From Cyclobacteriaceae bacterium (GTDB taxonomy: Bacteria > Bacteroidota > Bacteroidia > Cytophagales > Cyclobacteriaceae), in the NCBI GenBank assembly GCA_965278925.1, contig OZ257123.1:2880753-2944752 (forward strand): a DNA stretch of 64,000 nucleotides, written 5' to 3'. The notes under the pieces were generated by a model, which searched no databases, was not told the DNA's origin, and was given only the letters and a program-made list of their open reading frames with translations. The translations under genes and the position numbers were made by a program. Every line of letters begins with the position of its first letter. Position 1 is the stretch's first letter. Below, in pieces: positions 1 to 8,007 of this stretch.

Positions 1-2028
1 ATTCAGGGGGATCAAAAGACTGCTTTACTATTACCCAATTCAATAGTTATTACAAAAGAGCAAGCCTACAACTATTTTGGAATGGAAGATCCTATTAACA
101 AGCTCTTGGAATTTAAAGATTCAAAAGAGCAATATAAAGTCACCGGAGTTATTGAAAAGGTACCCGTCAATTCACATTTTCATTTTGATCTCTTTGCATC
201 GATGGAGGGATTGGCTCACTCAAAAGAGGATAAATGGTTAGAGTCAAATTATTACACGTATGTAGTGCTCGAAAAAGGAACGGACCACAAAGAGTTTGAA
301 TCAAAGTTGCCTGCCATAATTAAGAAATACATGGGGCCTCAAGTAGCGCAGTTGGGAATGACCTTCGAAAAATTCCGGGAAAGTGGTAACGAAATTGGTC
401 TTTTTATTCAGCCTCTTACAGAGATTCATCTATTTTCTGATTTTGCAGGGGCAAGCGAATTAGAAGCGGGCGGAGATATAAATACAGTTTACATTTTTGG
501 AGCTGTCGCATTATTTATGCTCCTGATTGCGTGTATCAATTTTATGAACCTTTCAACAGCCGGGGCAACCAAACGTAGCAAAGAGGTGGGCGTTAAAAAA
601 GTCCTGGGTTCTCAAAGAAATCAATTAGTACATCAGTTTCTAATTGAGTCATTCATCGCTACTGCCGTAGCAATGATATTGGGGGTGCTTATTGTGACGG
701 TTTGCTTATCTGCATTCAATCAACTTTCAGGTAAAGAATTAGAATCTGCTTTTCTCTTAAAACCCCAGGTAATTGCTTCCCTTATGGCATTACTGATTTC
801 CATCGGTTTGCTGGCAGGTGGCTATCCAGCCTTCTTTCTTTCTTCGATTAAACCTATTGCTGCTCTTAAAAATAAATTCTCAAATAACGGCAAGAGCAAA
901 GGCATTCGGAGTGCACTGGTTGTTTTTCAATTTGTAATTTCAGTAACACTCATTTTGGCAATTATAGTAGTGAGCCAGCAAATGAGTTACATACAGGATA
1001 AAAATATCGGCTACAACCGTGATCAGCGAATTGTGTTTAGAGAATCCCATTTATTAGGCTCCAGTGAAAACGCTTTTAAGAATCAGCTCTTAACAGATCC
1101 GCGAATTGAAAGTGTAACGAGATCTGCATTTATCCCTGCCGGCCCGACTGACGACAATATGACAAGTGTTTGGGTAGGTGAAAACAAAGAAGACTTCAGA
1201 AGAACGGTTATCTATGGAATTGACCCAGGTTACATCCCTACCATGGGGATGCAAATAATAACAGGGAGAAATTTTTTAGAAGGGCCTGAAAGCGAAAATG
1301 ATAAAGTTATTGTCAATGAAGCATTTATTAAAGCTTTTTCTTTGCAGGGAAATCCATTGGGTCAAGCTATTAATCAAAGAACCGATAACATTGGTGGCTA
1401 CAGTTCTTTAACCATTGTTGGGGTTATCAAAGATTTCCATTTCAGGTCATTGCATGAACCGATAGCGCCTTTAATGATGCTAAACAATTCTTATGGTGGA
1501 TTGATCATAAAAACAAAAACGGCTGAAATGGCTGACTTACTTGCCAGTATAAATGAAAAGTGGCAAGCGTTTCATGTCGAAGAACCTTTTACCTATGCCT
1601 TGCTTGACGAACTCTACAACGAAACCTATTTAGCTGAAAAGAACATGGGTAGTGTCTTAAAGATATTTGGGTTGTTAACCATTTTTGTAGCGTGCCTTGG
1701 TTTATTCGGACTCATCACTTTTACAGCAGAGCAACGCGTGAAGGAAATTGGTATTCGAAAAGTATTAGGAGCTGAAGTCTTTCAAATTATGTCAATGCTC
1801 TCAAAAGACCTGCTTTTACTCATTGTCATTTCATTCGTCATCGCCTTTCCATTAGGATATTATTTGATGGACAAGTGGCTTCAGGATTTTGCCTACAAAA
1901 TTGAAATACAATGGTGGACATTTATGGCTGCCGGAATAAGTACGTTGTTGATTGCACTTTTTACCGTGAGTTTCAAAACTGTAAAATCTGCTTTGGCTAA
2001 CCCGGTAGAGAGCCTGCGATCGGAATAA
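1..2028 (+). CDS. MacB/FtsX-type ABC transporter permease, 5'-truncated by window edge
   Basis: Frame 1 is open from base 1 (IQGDQKTALLLPNSIVITKEQ...) into the listed ORF. It has the ACINFMNLSTA...RSKEVGVKKVLG and ACLGLFGL...EQRVKEIGIRKVLGA motifs of duplicated FtsX domains and the NPVESLRSE end. Confidence 0.93.
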   Translation: MQGDQKTALLLPNSIVITKEQAYNYFGMEDPINKLLEFKDSKEQYKVTGVIEKVPVNSHFHFDLFASMEGLAHSKEDKWLESNYYTYVVLEKGTDHKEFESKLPAIIKKYMGPQVAQLGMTFEKFRESGNEIGLFIQPLTEIHLFSDFAGASELEAGGDINTVYIFGAVALFMLLIACINFMNLSTAGATKRSKEVGVKKVLGSQRNQLVHQFLIESFIATAVAMILGVLIVTVCLSAFNQLSGKELESAFLLKPQVIASLMALLISIGLLAGGYPAFFLSSIKPIAALKNKFSNNGKSKGIRSALVVFQFVISVTLILAIIVVSQQMSYIQDKNIGYNRDQRIVFRESHLLGSSENAFKNQLLTDPRIESVTRSAFIPAGPTDDNMTSVWVGENKEDFRRTVIYGIDPGYIPTMGMQIITGRNFLEGPESENDKVIVNEAFIKAFSLQGNPLGQAINQRTDNIGGYSSLTIVGVIKDFHFRSLHEPIAPLMMLNNSYGGLIIKTKTAEMADLLASINEKWQAFHVEEPFTYALLDELYNETYLAEKNMGSVLKIFGLLTIFVACLGLFGLITFTAEQRVKEIGIRKVLGAEVFQIMSMLSKDLLLLIVISFVIAFPLGYYLMDKWLQDFAYKIEIQWWTFMAAGISTLLIALFTVSFKTVKSALANPVESLRSE

Positions 2029-2032
2029 AATC

Positions 2033-4696
2033 ATGAAACAAAATCCACCAAAGCTTCCTCTCCGCTTCTTTCGCTGGTTCTGCCATCCGAAGTTGCGAGA
2101 TAATATTGAAGGTGATTTGATGGAGTTGTATGAAGAAAGAAAAGTTAGAAGTGGGAAGCTAAAAGCAGACTTAAAATTTATCAAAGATGTGTTGCTGCTT
2201 TTCAGACCGGGAATTATTAAACCCACAAATGGAACAGAAACACTAAACACCTACGGTATGTTAAAAAATTATTTTAAAATCAGTTGGCGCAATCTGGTGA
2301 AGCACAAAATGTATTCGGCTATCAAAATCGGAGGCTTTGCCGTTGGGGTAGCCGCTTGCTTGCTGATCGCATTATTCATTAAAGATGAACTCTCGTACGA
2401 TAAACATTATGCCAATCATAAACAGTTGTACAGAGTCTTGGGTGTGATTACCGAAAATGGTGATCCTAGAAAAGGCGTGGCCTTTCCAGCGCCAATGGCA
2501 TCAGCCATAAAGGAAGCGTTTCCTGAAATATTGAATGCCGGTCGATACAACAATAGTGAACTGTTTGGAGCGGGTGCCAGTGAAGTGCGTGCTGCAGACA
2601 ACGATGACAATGCCTACGATGAAGGTTTTGTCTATTTCGATCAATCCTTGATTGACATCTTTCAATTGAAGTTTGTGTATGGCCATCCCGCAAAAGCGCT
2701 TACTCAACCCGGTTCTATTGTTATCACAAAAAGAAAAGCCGATAAATATTTTCCCGGTGAAAATCCGGTTGGTAAAGCATTAGTGGTAAACAATAAGGCC
2801 GATAAACCCTACACCATCGGTGGCGTGATTGAAGATTTTAAAACAACTTCACACCTGCAGTTTGATTTTCTAATTGGAATGGAAGGCCTTGAATTTTGGA
2901 ATGGTGAACAGCAATCATGGGGCGCTAGTAACTATGCCACCTACTTTCAAGTGGAAGAAGGTGTGGATGTTAAATCGCTGGAATCCAAAATCTCGAAAGA
3001 GGTGATAGAAAAATACTTTATGCCAGGGATGATAGCAGGCGGGCAATCTGAAGAAAATGTGAAGAAATTTTTCAGCGAAAAACAAGCTCATTTAGAACTG
3101 CAGCCGATAGACAAGATTCACCTGTACTCAGAAGGTGTTGCTGATAACTTGGTTTATGGCGACATCCGGTTTGTCTGGTTGTTTGGAGGAGTAGCTCTGT
3201 TCATTTTAATGATTGCAGCTATCAACTTTATTAATCTTTCCACAGCCAAATCAGCCAATCGTGCAAAAGAGGTAGGTCTGAGGAAAGTGGTTGGTTCCCT
3301 TCGTGGCAACATCATCAATCAGTTTCTCAGCGAATCGGTCATGTTCAGTACAATCTCATTTGTGCTGGGGTTGGCCATTGCTTCGATTATACTGCAATAC
3401 TTCAACTCGATTTCAGGAAAATCAATTTCAATGCCATTGATGGAATGGTGGTTTGTTCCATCTCTTTTGGGATTATCGGTGGTGGTCGGTGTTATCGCTG
3501 GGATCTATCCGTCATTTTACTTGTCATCCTTCAAACCCATTCAGGTGTTGAAAGGTGCATTAACACAAGGCTCAAAAAGCTCACCACTCAGAAGTTCGTT
3601 AGTAATATTTCAATTCACCATCAGTATCATTCTGCTAATCGGCACAATGGTTATTCAAAAGCAAATGAATTTTATCCTGAACAAAAAAATCGGGTTCGAT
3701 AAAGAGCAGGTATTGTTGTTACAAGGAACAGACACGTTGGGGCCTCTGGTTGTTTCATTCGCCAATGAGTTGCGCGAGGTGTCTCAGGTAGTTGAGGTTT
3801 CTACTGGCGATTACTTACCGGTGCGCGGTTCGAAAAGAAATGGAAATGGTTTTTGGAACGAAGGCCGTAAAAGTATTGATCCAGCGGTATCGAGTCAATT
3901 CTGGCGCGTTGATCCATATTATGTAAACACACTCGGTCTTAAAATTGTAGAAGGTCGCGACTTCAACCGCGATCTCGCTTCAGACTCCAGCGCCATCATC
4001 ATCAATCAAAAAATGGCAAAAGAACTTGGCGGTAACATGCTGGGCAAAGGCATCACTAACTATGCCGGTCTATGGACTGTTATTGGTATTGTAGAAGATT
4101 TCCATTATGAATCGCTTCGCGAAGACATTCGTCCTCTTGGATTAGCCTTAGGCACAGAAGCTTCAGTTCTTGCTGTTAAACTGAAAGCCGGTGATATGAG
4201 TGAAAACATTCAAGCAATCACTACTGTGTGGGATAAGTTTGCTCCCCACCAACCAATCCGGTATTCATTCTTAGATGAACTTTATGCGGCCATGTATAGC
4301 GATGTGCAGCGCACAGGAAAAATATTTACAAGTTTCTCCATACTGGCTATAATAGTAGCTTGTTTGGGGTTGTTTGCCTTATCGGCTTTTATGGTAGAAC
4401 AGCGTAGCAAAGAAATCAGTGTTCGATTGGTTTTAGGAGCTTCCGTAAACAGCGTGTTCCAATTACTTACGTGGGATTTTCTAAGACTGGTTTTGACTTC
4501 TATTGTAATCGCAGCCCCCATAAGTTGGTACATGATGTCACGCTGGCTCGAAGATTATGCCTACAGAACAACAATAGGCTGGGATGTTTTTGTGGTATCA
4601 GGGATAATTTCTGTTTTGATTGCTCTTTTCACTATAAGCTTTCAATCTATTAAGGCTGCAGTAATGAATCCGGTGAAAGGGTTGAGAAGTGAGTGA
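2033..4696 (+). CDS. ABC permease (MacB_PCD/FtsX x2) with type-A N-terminal permease-prefix module
   Basis: 887 aa. N-terminal PPKLPLRFFRWFCHPKL..IEGDLMELYEER prefix, internal MLKNYFKI at 2258, INFINLSTAKS..RAKEVGLRK and C-terminal NPVKGLRSE. Confidence 0.93.
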   Translation: MKQNPPKLPLRFFRWFCHPKLRDNIEGDLMELYEERKVRSGKLKADLKFIKDVLLLFRPGIIKPTNGTETLNTYGMLKNYFKISWRNLVKHKMYSAIKIGGFAVGVAACLLIALFIKDELSYDKHYANHKQLYRVLGVITENGDPRKGVAFPAPMASAIKEAFPEILNAGRYNNSELFGAGASEVRAADNDDNAYDEGFVYFDQSLIDIFQLKFVYGHPAKALTQPGSIVITKRKADKYFPGENPVGKALVVNNKADKPYTIGGVIEDFKTTSHLQFDFLIGMEGLEFWNGEQQSWGASNYATYFQVEEGVDVKSLESKISKEVIEKYFMPGMIAGGQSEENVKKFFSEKQAHLELQPIDKIHLYSEGVADNLVYGDIRFVWLFGGVALFILMIAAINFINLSTAKSANRAKEVGLRKVVGSLRGNIINQFLSESVMFSTISFVLGLAIASIILQYFNSISGKSISMPLMEWWFVPSLLGLSVVVGVIAGIYPSFYLSSFKPIQVLKGALTQGSKSSPLRSSLVIFQFTISIILLIGTMVIQKQMNFILNKKIGFDKEQVLLLQGTDTLGPLVVSFANELREVSQVVEVSTGDYLPVRGSKRNGNGFWNEGRKSIDPAVSSQFWRVDPYYVNTLGLKIVEGRDFNRDLASDSSAIIINQKMAKELGGNMLGKGITNYAGLWTVIGIVEDFHYESLREDIRPLGLALGTEASVLAVKLKAGDMSENIQAITTVWDKFAPHQPIRYSFLDELYAAMYSDVQRTGKIFTSFSILAIIVACLGLFALSAFMVEQRSKEISVRLVLGASVNSVFQLLTWDFLRLVLTSIVIAAPISWYMMSRWLEDYAYRTTIGWDVFVVSGIISVLIALFTISFQSIKAAVMNPVKGLRSE

Positions 4697-4710
4697 AAAT
4701 ATAAGTAGTT

Positions 4711-4767
4711 AGACATAAGTATCAAGACATTAAGTCTGTCTAATATTTTATGTCTTGATACTTGTCT
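4711..4767. repeat. Intergenic inverted repeat / stem-loop
   Basis: AAGTATCAAGACAT (4717-4730) is the exact reverse complement of ATGTCTTGATACTT (4750-4763); AGAC/GTCT (4711-4714, 4764-4767) extends it. Confidence 0.85.
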
Positions 4768-4784
4768 CCAAGGTAAAATTGAAA

Positions 4785-7409
4785 ATGAAAAATCAGGCAC
4801 CCCAACTCCCCCTCCGCTTCTTCCGATGGTTCTGCCATCCGAAGTTGAGAAATAGTATTGAAGGGGATTTGATGGAATTGTATGAGGAAAGAAAGGTTAA
4901 AAATGGAAAGTTAAAAGCAGATTTAAGATTTATACTCGATGTAGTCTTGCTCTTCAGACCTAGTATAATAAAACCAGCAGAAGGATATCAAAATTTAAAC
5001 ACATACGGTATGTTCAAAAGTTATTTTAAAATTAGTCTTCGTCATCTGATCAAAAACAAAACGTTCGCATTTATCAATGTCTTTAGCTTAGCCGTTGGGC
5101 TGGCTGCTTGCGTGGTCATTTATTTGTTTGTATCGGACGAACGAAGTTTCGATACCTTCCATTCCAAAAATAAAAATATCTACAGGCTCGATGAAGTGCA
5201 AAAGTTTACCGGAACAAACGAGCAAAAGGTAGCGCTCTCCATGCCTGGAATGGCACCTGCCATGAAGCAGGATTTCCCTGAAGTTCAATCGTACGTGCGA
5301 TTGTGGTTGCGTGGCAAGGAGCTGATCACCAAAGAAGACACCAAACAATTGATCGAAAATGTAATGGTGGTGGACAGTACTTTTTTTGATGTGTTTGATT
5401 TTCCTTTGGTTCAGGGCGACATCAGTACATGTTTAAATCGACCACTAACTATTTTACTTACAGAGTCCACCGCATTGAAATTTTTCAAGACGCCAAGTGA
5501 AGCTCTCAACAATACAGTTTCATGGGATGGACGAGACTATCAGGTTACCGGAATTCTAAAAAACGTTCCTGAAAATTCACACATTCAATTTGATGCCTTG
5601 CTCTCCATGGTTACTTACACGAGTGGCGAAAATAATGTCAATGATTCATGGGGTGGCAATTGGATGACTACTTATTTACTATTGGAGCCCACTGTGGATA
5701 TCAAGTCTATGGAGGAAAAAATTCCGGCATTTCTCTCTCGCTACATGGATGACCCAGAAATCACCACAACCTATAAGTTATTTCTACAACCCCTCAATCA
5801 AGTACACCTGGCCTCTACAGATATCGAACATGACTACATTAACTATCGAAAATTTAATGGATCGTACCTGACTATATTTTATGTGATTGCCGCTTTTATT
5901 CTACTGATAGCAGCTGTCAATTTTATGAATCTGACTACGGCTCGTGCATCTCATCGCTGGAAAGAGATAGGAGTACGAAAAACAATCGGAGCAAAGAAAG
6001 TTCAATTATTTGGTCAGTTTATTTTTGAGTCGGTGATGTTAGCGGGCATTGCTTTGGTGGTCGCCTTATTGATCGATGCTCTCTTTGTTCCGATGATCAA
6101 TGACTTAATCGGGCGAAAACTTTCTCTCTTTCAGTTGTTTCAAAACGAGTGGCAATTGGCAGCGGTGCTGGTCGGTACGCTTTCATTGGGCATACTAACG
6201 GGTATCTATCCCTCATTTTATATGACTTCGTTTAATTTATCGCGTGTGCTAAAGGGTGGCAACAAGGGCGAAGGTAAGTCAGTACTACGAAGTACGTTAG
6301 TCGTGGTTCAATTTGGATTGGCCATCGCTATGATGGTAAGTACACTGATTGTTGTGCAGCAACTGTCGTTTATGAAAGAATCTGACATCGGCTTTGATAA
6401 AGACCAAATGCTACTGGTGAATATGAATTCTGAAGCCAATGAAAAATTTGAAACCATTAAAAAGGAATTACAACAGCGGTCCGTAATACGCGGGGTAACC
6501 GCCAGTGGCCAACGCCTAGGAAATAATTTTCATCAAGGTGGCTTCAAAGTAAAAGCTGATACAGGAGTGATGAGCATTACGCCCTCCAATATAAATGTGG
6601 ATTACGACTACCTGACAGTGTATGGTATAGAGATGAAGGAAGGCCGGGGATTCTCGAAAGATAATCCCACAAAGAATGGTTCTGCATTTATCATCAACGA
6701 ATCGCTTGCTAAAGAACTGAGGTTAAAAGAAACCATTGGTACAAAGGCTGGTCACGACTGGGATCATAATGACTCCCTTGGAACCATCATTGGCGTGGTA
6801 AAGGATTTTAATTTCAACTCTCTTCATTACAAAGTAAATACCTTGGCGCTATCACTTCATCCTGAATGGGGCTACAGCGAACTATCGGTAAAAATAGAGA
6901 AGGGCCACACCGAAGAAGGAATAGCTGCGGTAAAAAAAGTATGGGACGAATTAGTTCCCTCTTACCCCTTTGATTATACATTTCTGGATGCGCACTTTGA
7001 AGAAGTGTATCGTTCCGATAATCAAATGAGTTCCGTGGTGACAATTATGGCCGGGCTTTCCATTCTGATTTCCTGCATAGGATTATTTGGTCTGGCCGCT
7101 ATCACGATTGAGAAAAAGACAAAAGAAATTGGTGTGAGAAAAGCATTGGGGGCTACCGAAGGTCAGATTACTATACTGCTCTCACGCAAATTTGCTATGT
7201 TAATTATTATCGCATTTGTAATTGTAAGTCCTATAACCTACTACGCGCTTCATCACTGGTTAGAAAGTTTTGCCTACCGCATAAACATTAATTTACTCTT
7301 GTTTGTTTCAGGAGGTGTTCTTGCCTTGGTGATAGGATTACTCACCATTAGTTATCATACAATAACATCGGCACGTGCTAATCCTGTTAAGGCATTGAGA
7401 TACGAATAG
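4785..7409 (+). CDS. ABC permease (MacB/FtsX) with type-A prefix module
   Basis: ATG at 4785 chosen over TTG 4755 because it aligns with the paralog starts. Prefix PQLPLRFFRWFCHPKL, internal MFKSYFKI at 5010, FtsX motifs. Confidence 0.92.
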   Translation: MKNQAPQLPLRFFRWFCHPKLRNSIEGDLMELYEERKVKNGKLKADLRFILDVVLLFRPSIIKPAEGYQNLNTYGMFKSYFKISLRHLIKNKTFAFINVFSLAVGLAACVVIYLFVSDERSFDTFHSKNKNIYRLDEVQKFTGTNEQKVALSMPGMAPAMKQDFPEVQSYVRLWLRGKELITKEDTKQLIENVMVVDSTFFDVFDFPLVQGDISTCLNRPLTILLTESTALKFFKTPSEALNNTVSWDGRDYQVTGILKNVPENSHIQFDALLSMVTYTSGENNVNDSWGGNWMTTYLLLEPTVDIKSMEEKIPAFLSRYMDDPEITTTYKLFLQPLNQVHLASTDIEHDYINYRKFNGSYLTIFYVIAAFILLIAAVNFMNLTTARASHRWKEIGVRKTIGAKKVQLFGQFIFESVMLAGIALVVALLIDALFVPMINDLIGRKLSLFQLFQNEWQLAAVLVGTLSLGILTGIYPSFYMTSFNLSRVLKGGNKGEGKSVLRSTLVVVQFGLAIAMMVSTLIVVQQLSFMKESDIGFDKDQMLLVNMNSEANEKFETIKKELQQRSVIRGVTASGQRLGNNFHQGGFKVKADTGVMSITPSNINVDYDYLTVYGIEMKEGRGFSKDNPTKNGSAFIINESLAKELRLKETIGTKAGHDWDHNDSLGTIIGVVKDFNFNSLHYKVNTLALSLHPEWGYSELSVKIEKGHTEEGIAAVKKVWDELVPSYPFDYTFLDAHFEEVYRSDNQMSSVVTIMAGLSILISCIGLFGLAAITIEKKTKEIGVRKALGATEGQITILLSRKFAMLIIIAFVIVSPITYYALHHWLESFAYRININLLLFVSGGVLALVIGLLTISYHTITSARANPVKALRYE

Positions 7410-7540
7410 TTAATAAGTGACCACGTTAACAAATCTCAGCAATTATAATGCCTGATCGTTTCCGATAAGTAATCGTCCATAATCGGACTAGCTCGTGAGC
7501 GTAGATTGCATTTACAGTTCGTTTTCGAATCCTAAGTGAT

Positions 7541-7586
7541 TTGGCACAATTGTTATTCCTACATTTGGAGAATAATAATTTGCCAA
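7541..7586 (+). promoter_or_regulatory. Imperfect inverted repeat (candidate PadR operator) enclosing a TAnnTTTG -7 box
   Basis: TTGGCACAATTGTTATTC (7541-7558) pairs with GAATAATAATTTGCCAA (7570-7586) with one mismatch and one bulge. TACATTTG at 7560-7567 matches the Bacteroidota sigmaA -7 consensus. Confidence 0.55.
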
Positions 7587-7927
7587 TGAAAAATTATCAA
7601 CTGGGTGAGTTTGAAGAGATCGTGCTGCTTACGGTCGGCATCTTAAACAATGAAGCGTACAGTGTAGCCATTAAAGATGAAATTGAATCGCGGTTAGCGC
7701 GCACCGTAAGTATGGGGGCACTGCACACGGCATTAATTCGACTGGAAGATAAAGGTTATTTAAAATCCTATTCGGGAGAAAGCACCGAAGATCGTGCCGG
7801 CCGACCAAGACGTTATTTTGAAATAACAGCCCTCGGAAAAAAAGCCATGCATTACGCAAAAGAAACTCGGGAACAGTTGTGGAAAGCGATACCGAAGACA
7901 GTTTTTGAAATCAACTTGATAAAATAA
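7586..7927 (+). CDS. PadR-family transcriptional regulator (paralog 1)
   Basis: MKNYQLGEFEEIVLL...AY...GALHTALIRLEDKGYL..S...RAGRPRRYFEITALG is a PadR winged HTH. ATG 7586 preferred to TTG 7541. Confidence 0.9.
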   Translation: MKNYQLGEFEEIVLLTVGILNNEAYSVAIKDEIESRLARTVSMGALHTALIRLEDKGYLKSYSGESTEDRAGRPRRYFEITALGKKAMHYAKETREQLWKAIPKTVFEINLIK

Positions 7928-7930
7928 GTG

Positions 7931-7998
7931 GGCAGTAAGCAGGTGGCAATAGGCAGTTAATACATTCCTGCTGACTGCATCCTGCCGTCTGCCAACTG
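7931..7998. repeat. Heptamer-periodic inverted repeat (GGCAGTN x4 / CTGCCNN x4)
   Basis: GGCAGTA AGCAGGT GGCAATA GGCAGTT, 9-nt spacer, then CTGCTGA CTGCATC CTGCCGT CTGCCAA CTG. Confidence 0.75.
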
Positions 7999-8007
7999 AT
8001 TAACAAT

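Noticed and set aside
7931-7998. CRISPR array or diversity-generating retroelement signature from the short repeats
   Set aside because: Repeats are degenerate 7-mers in hairpins, not repeat-spacer units; no cas, reverse transcriptase or template/variable repeat pair was found.
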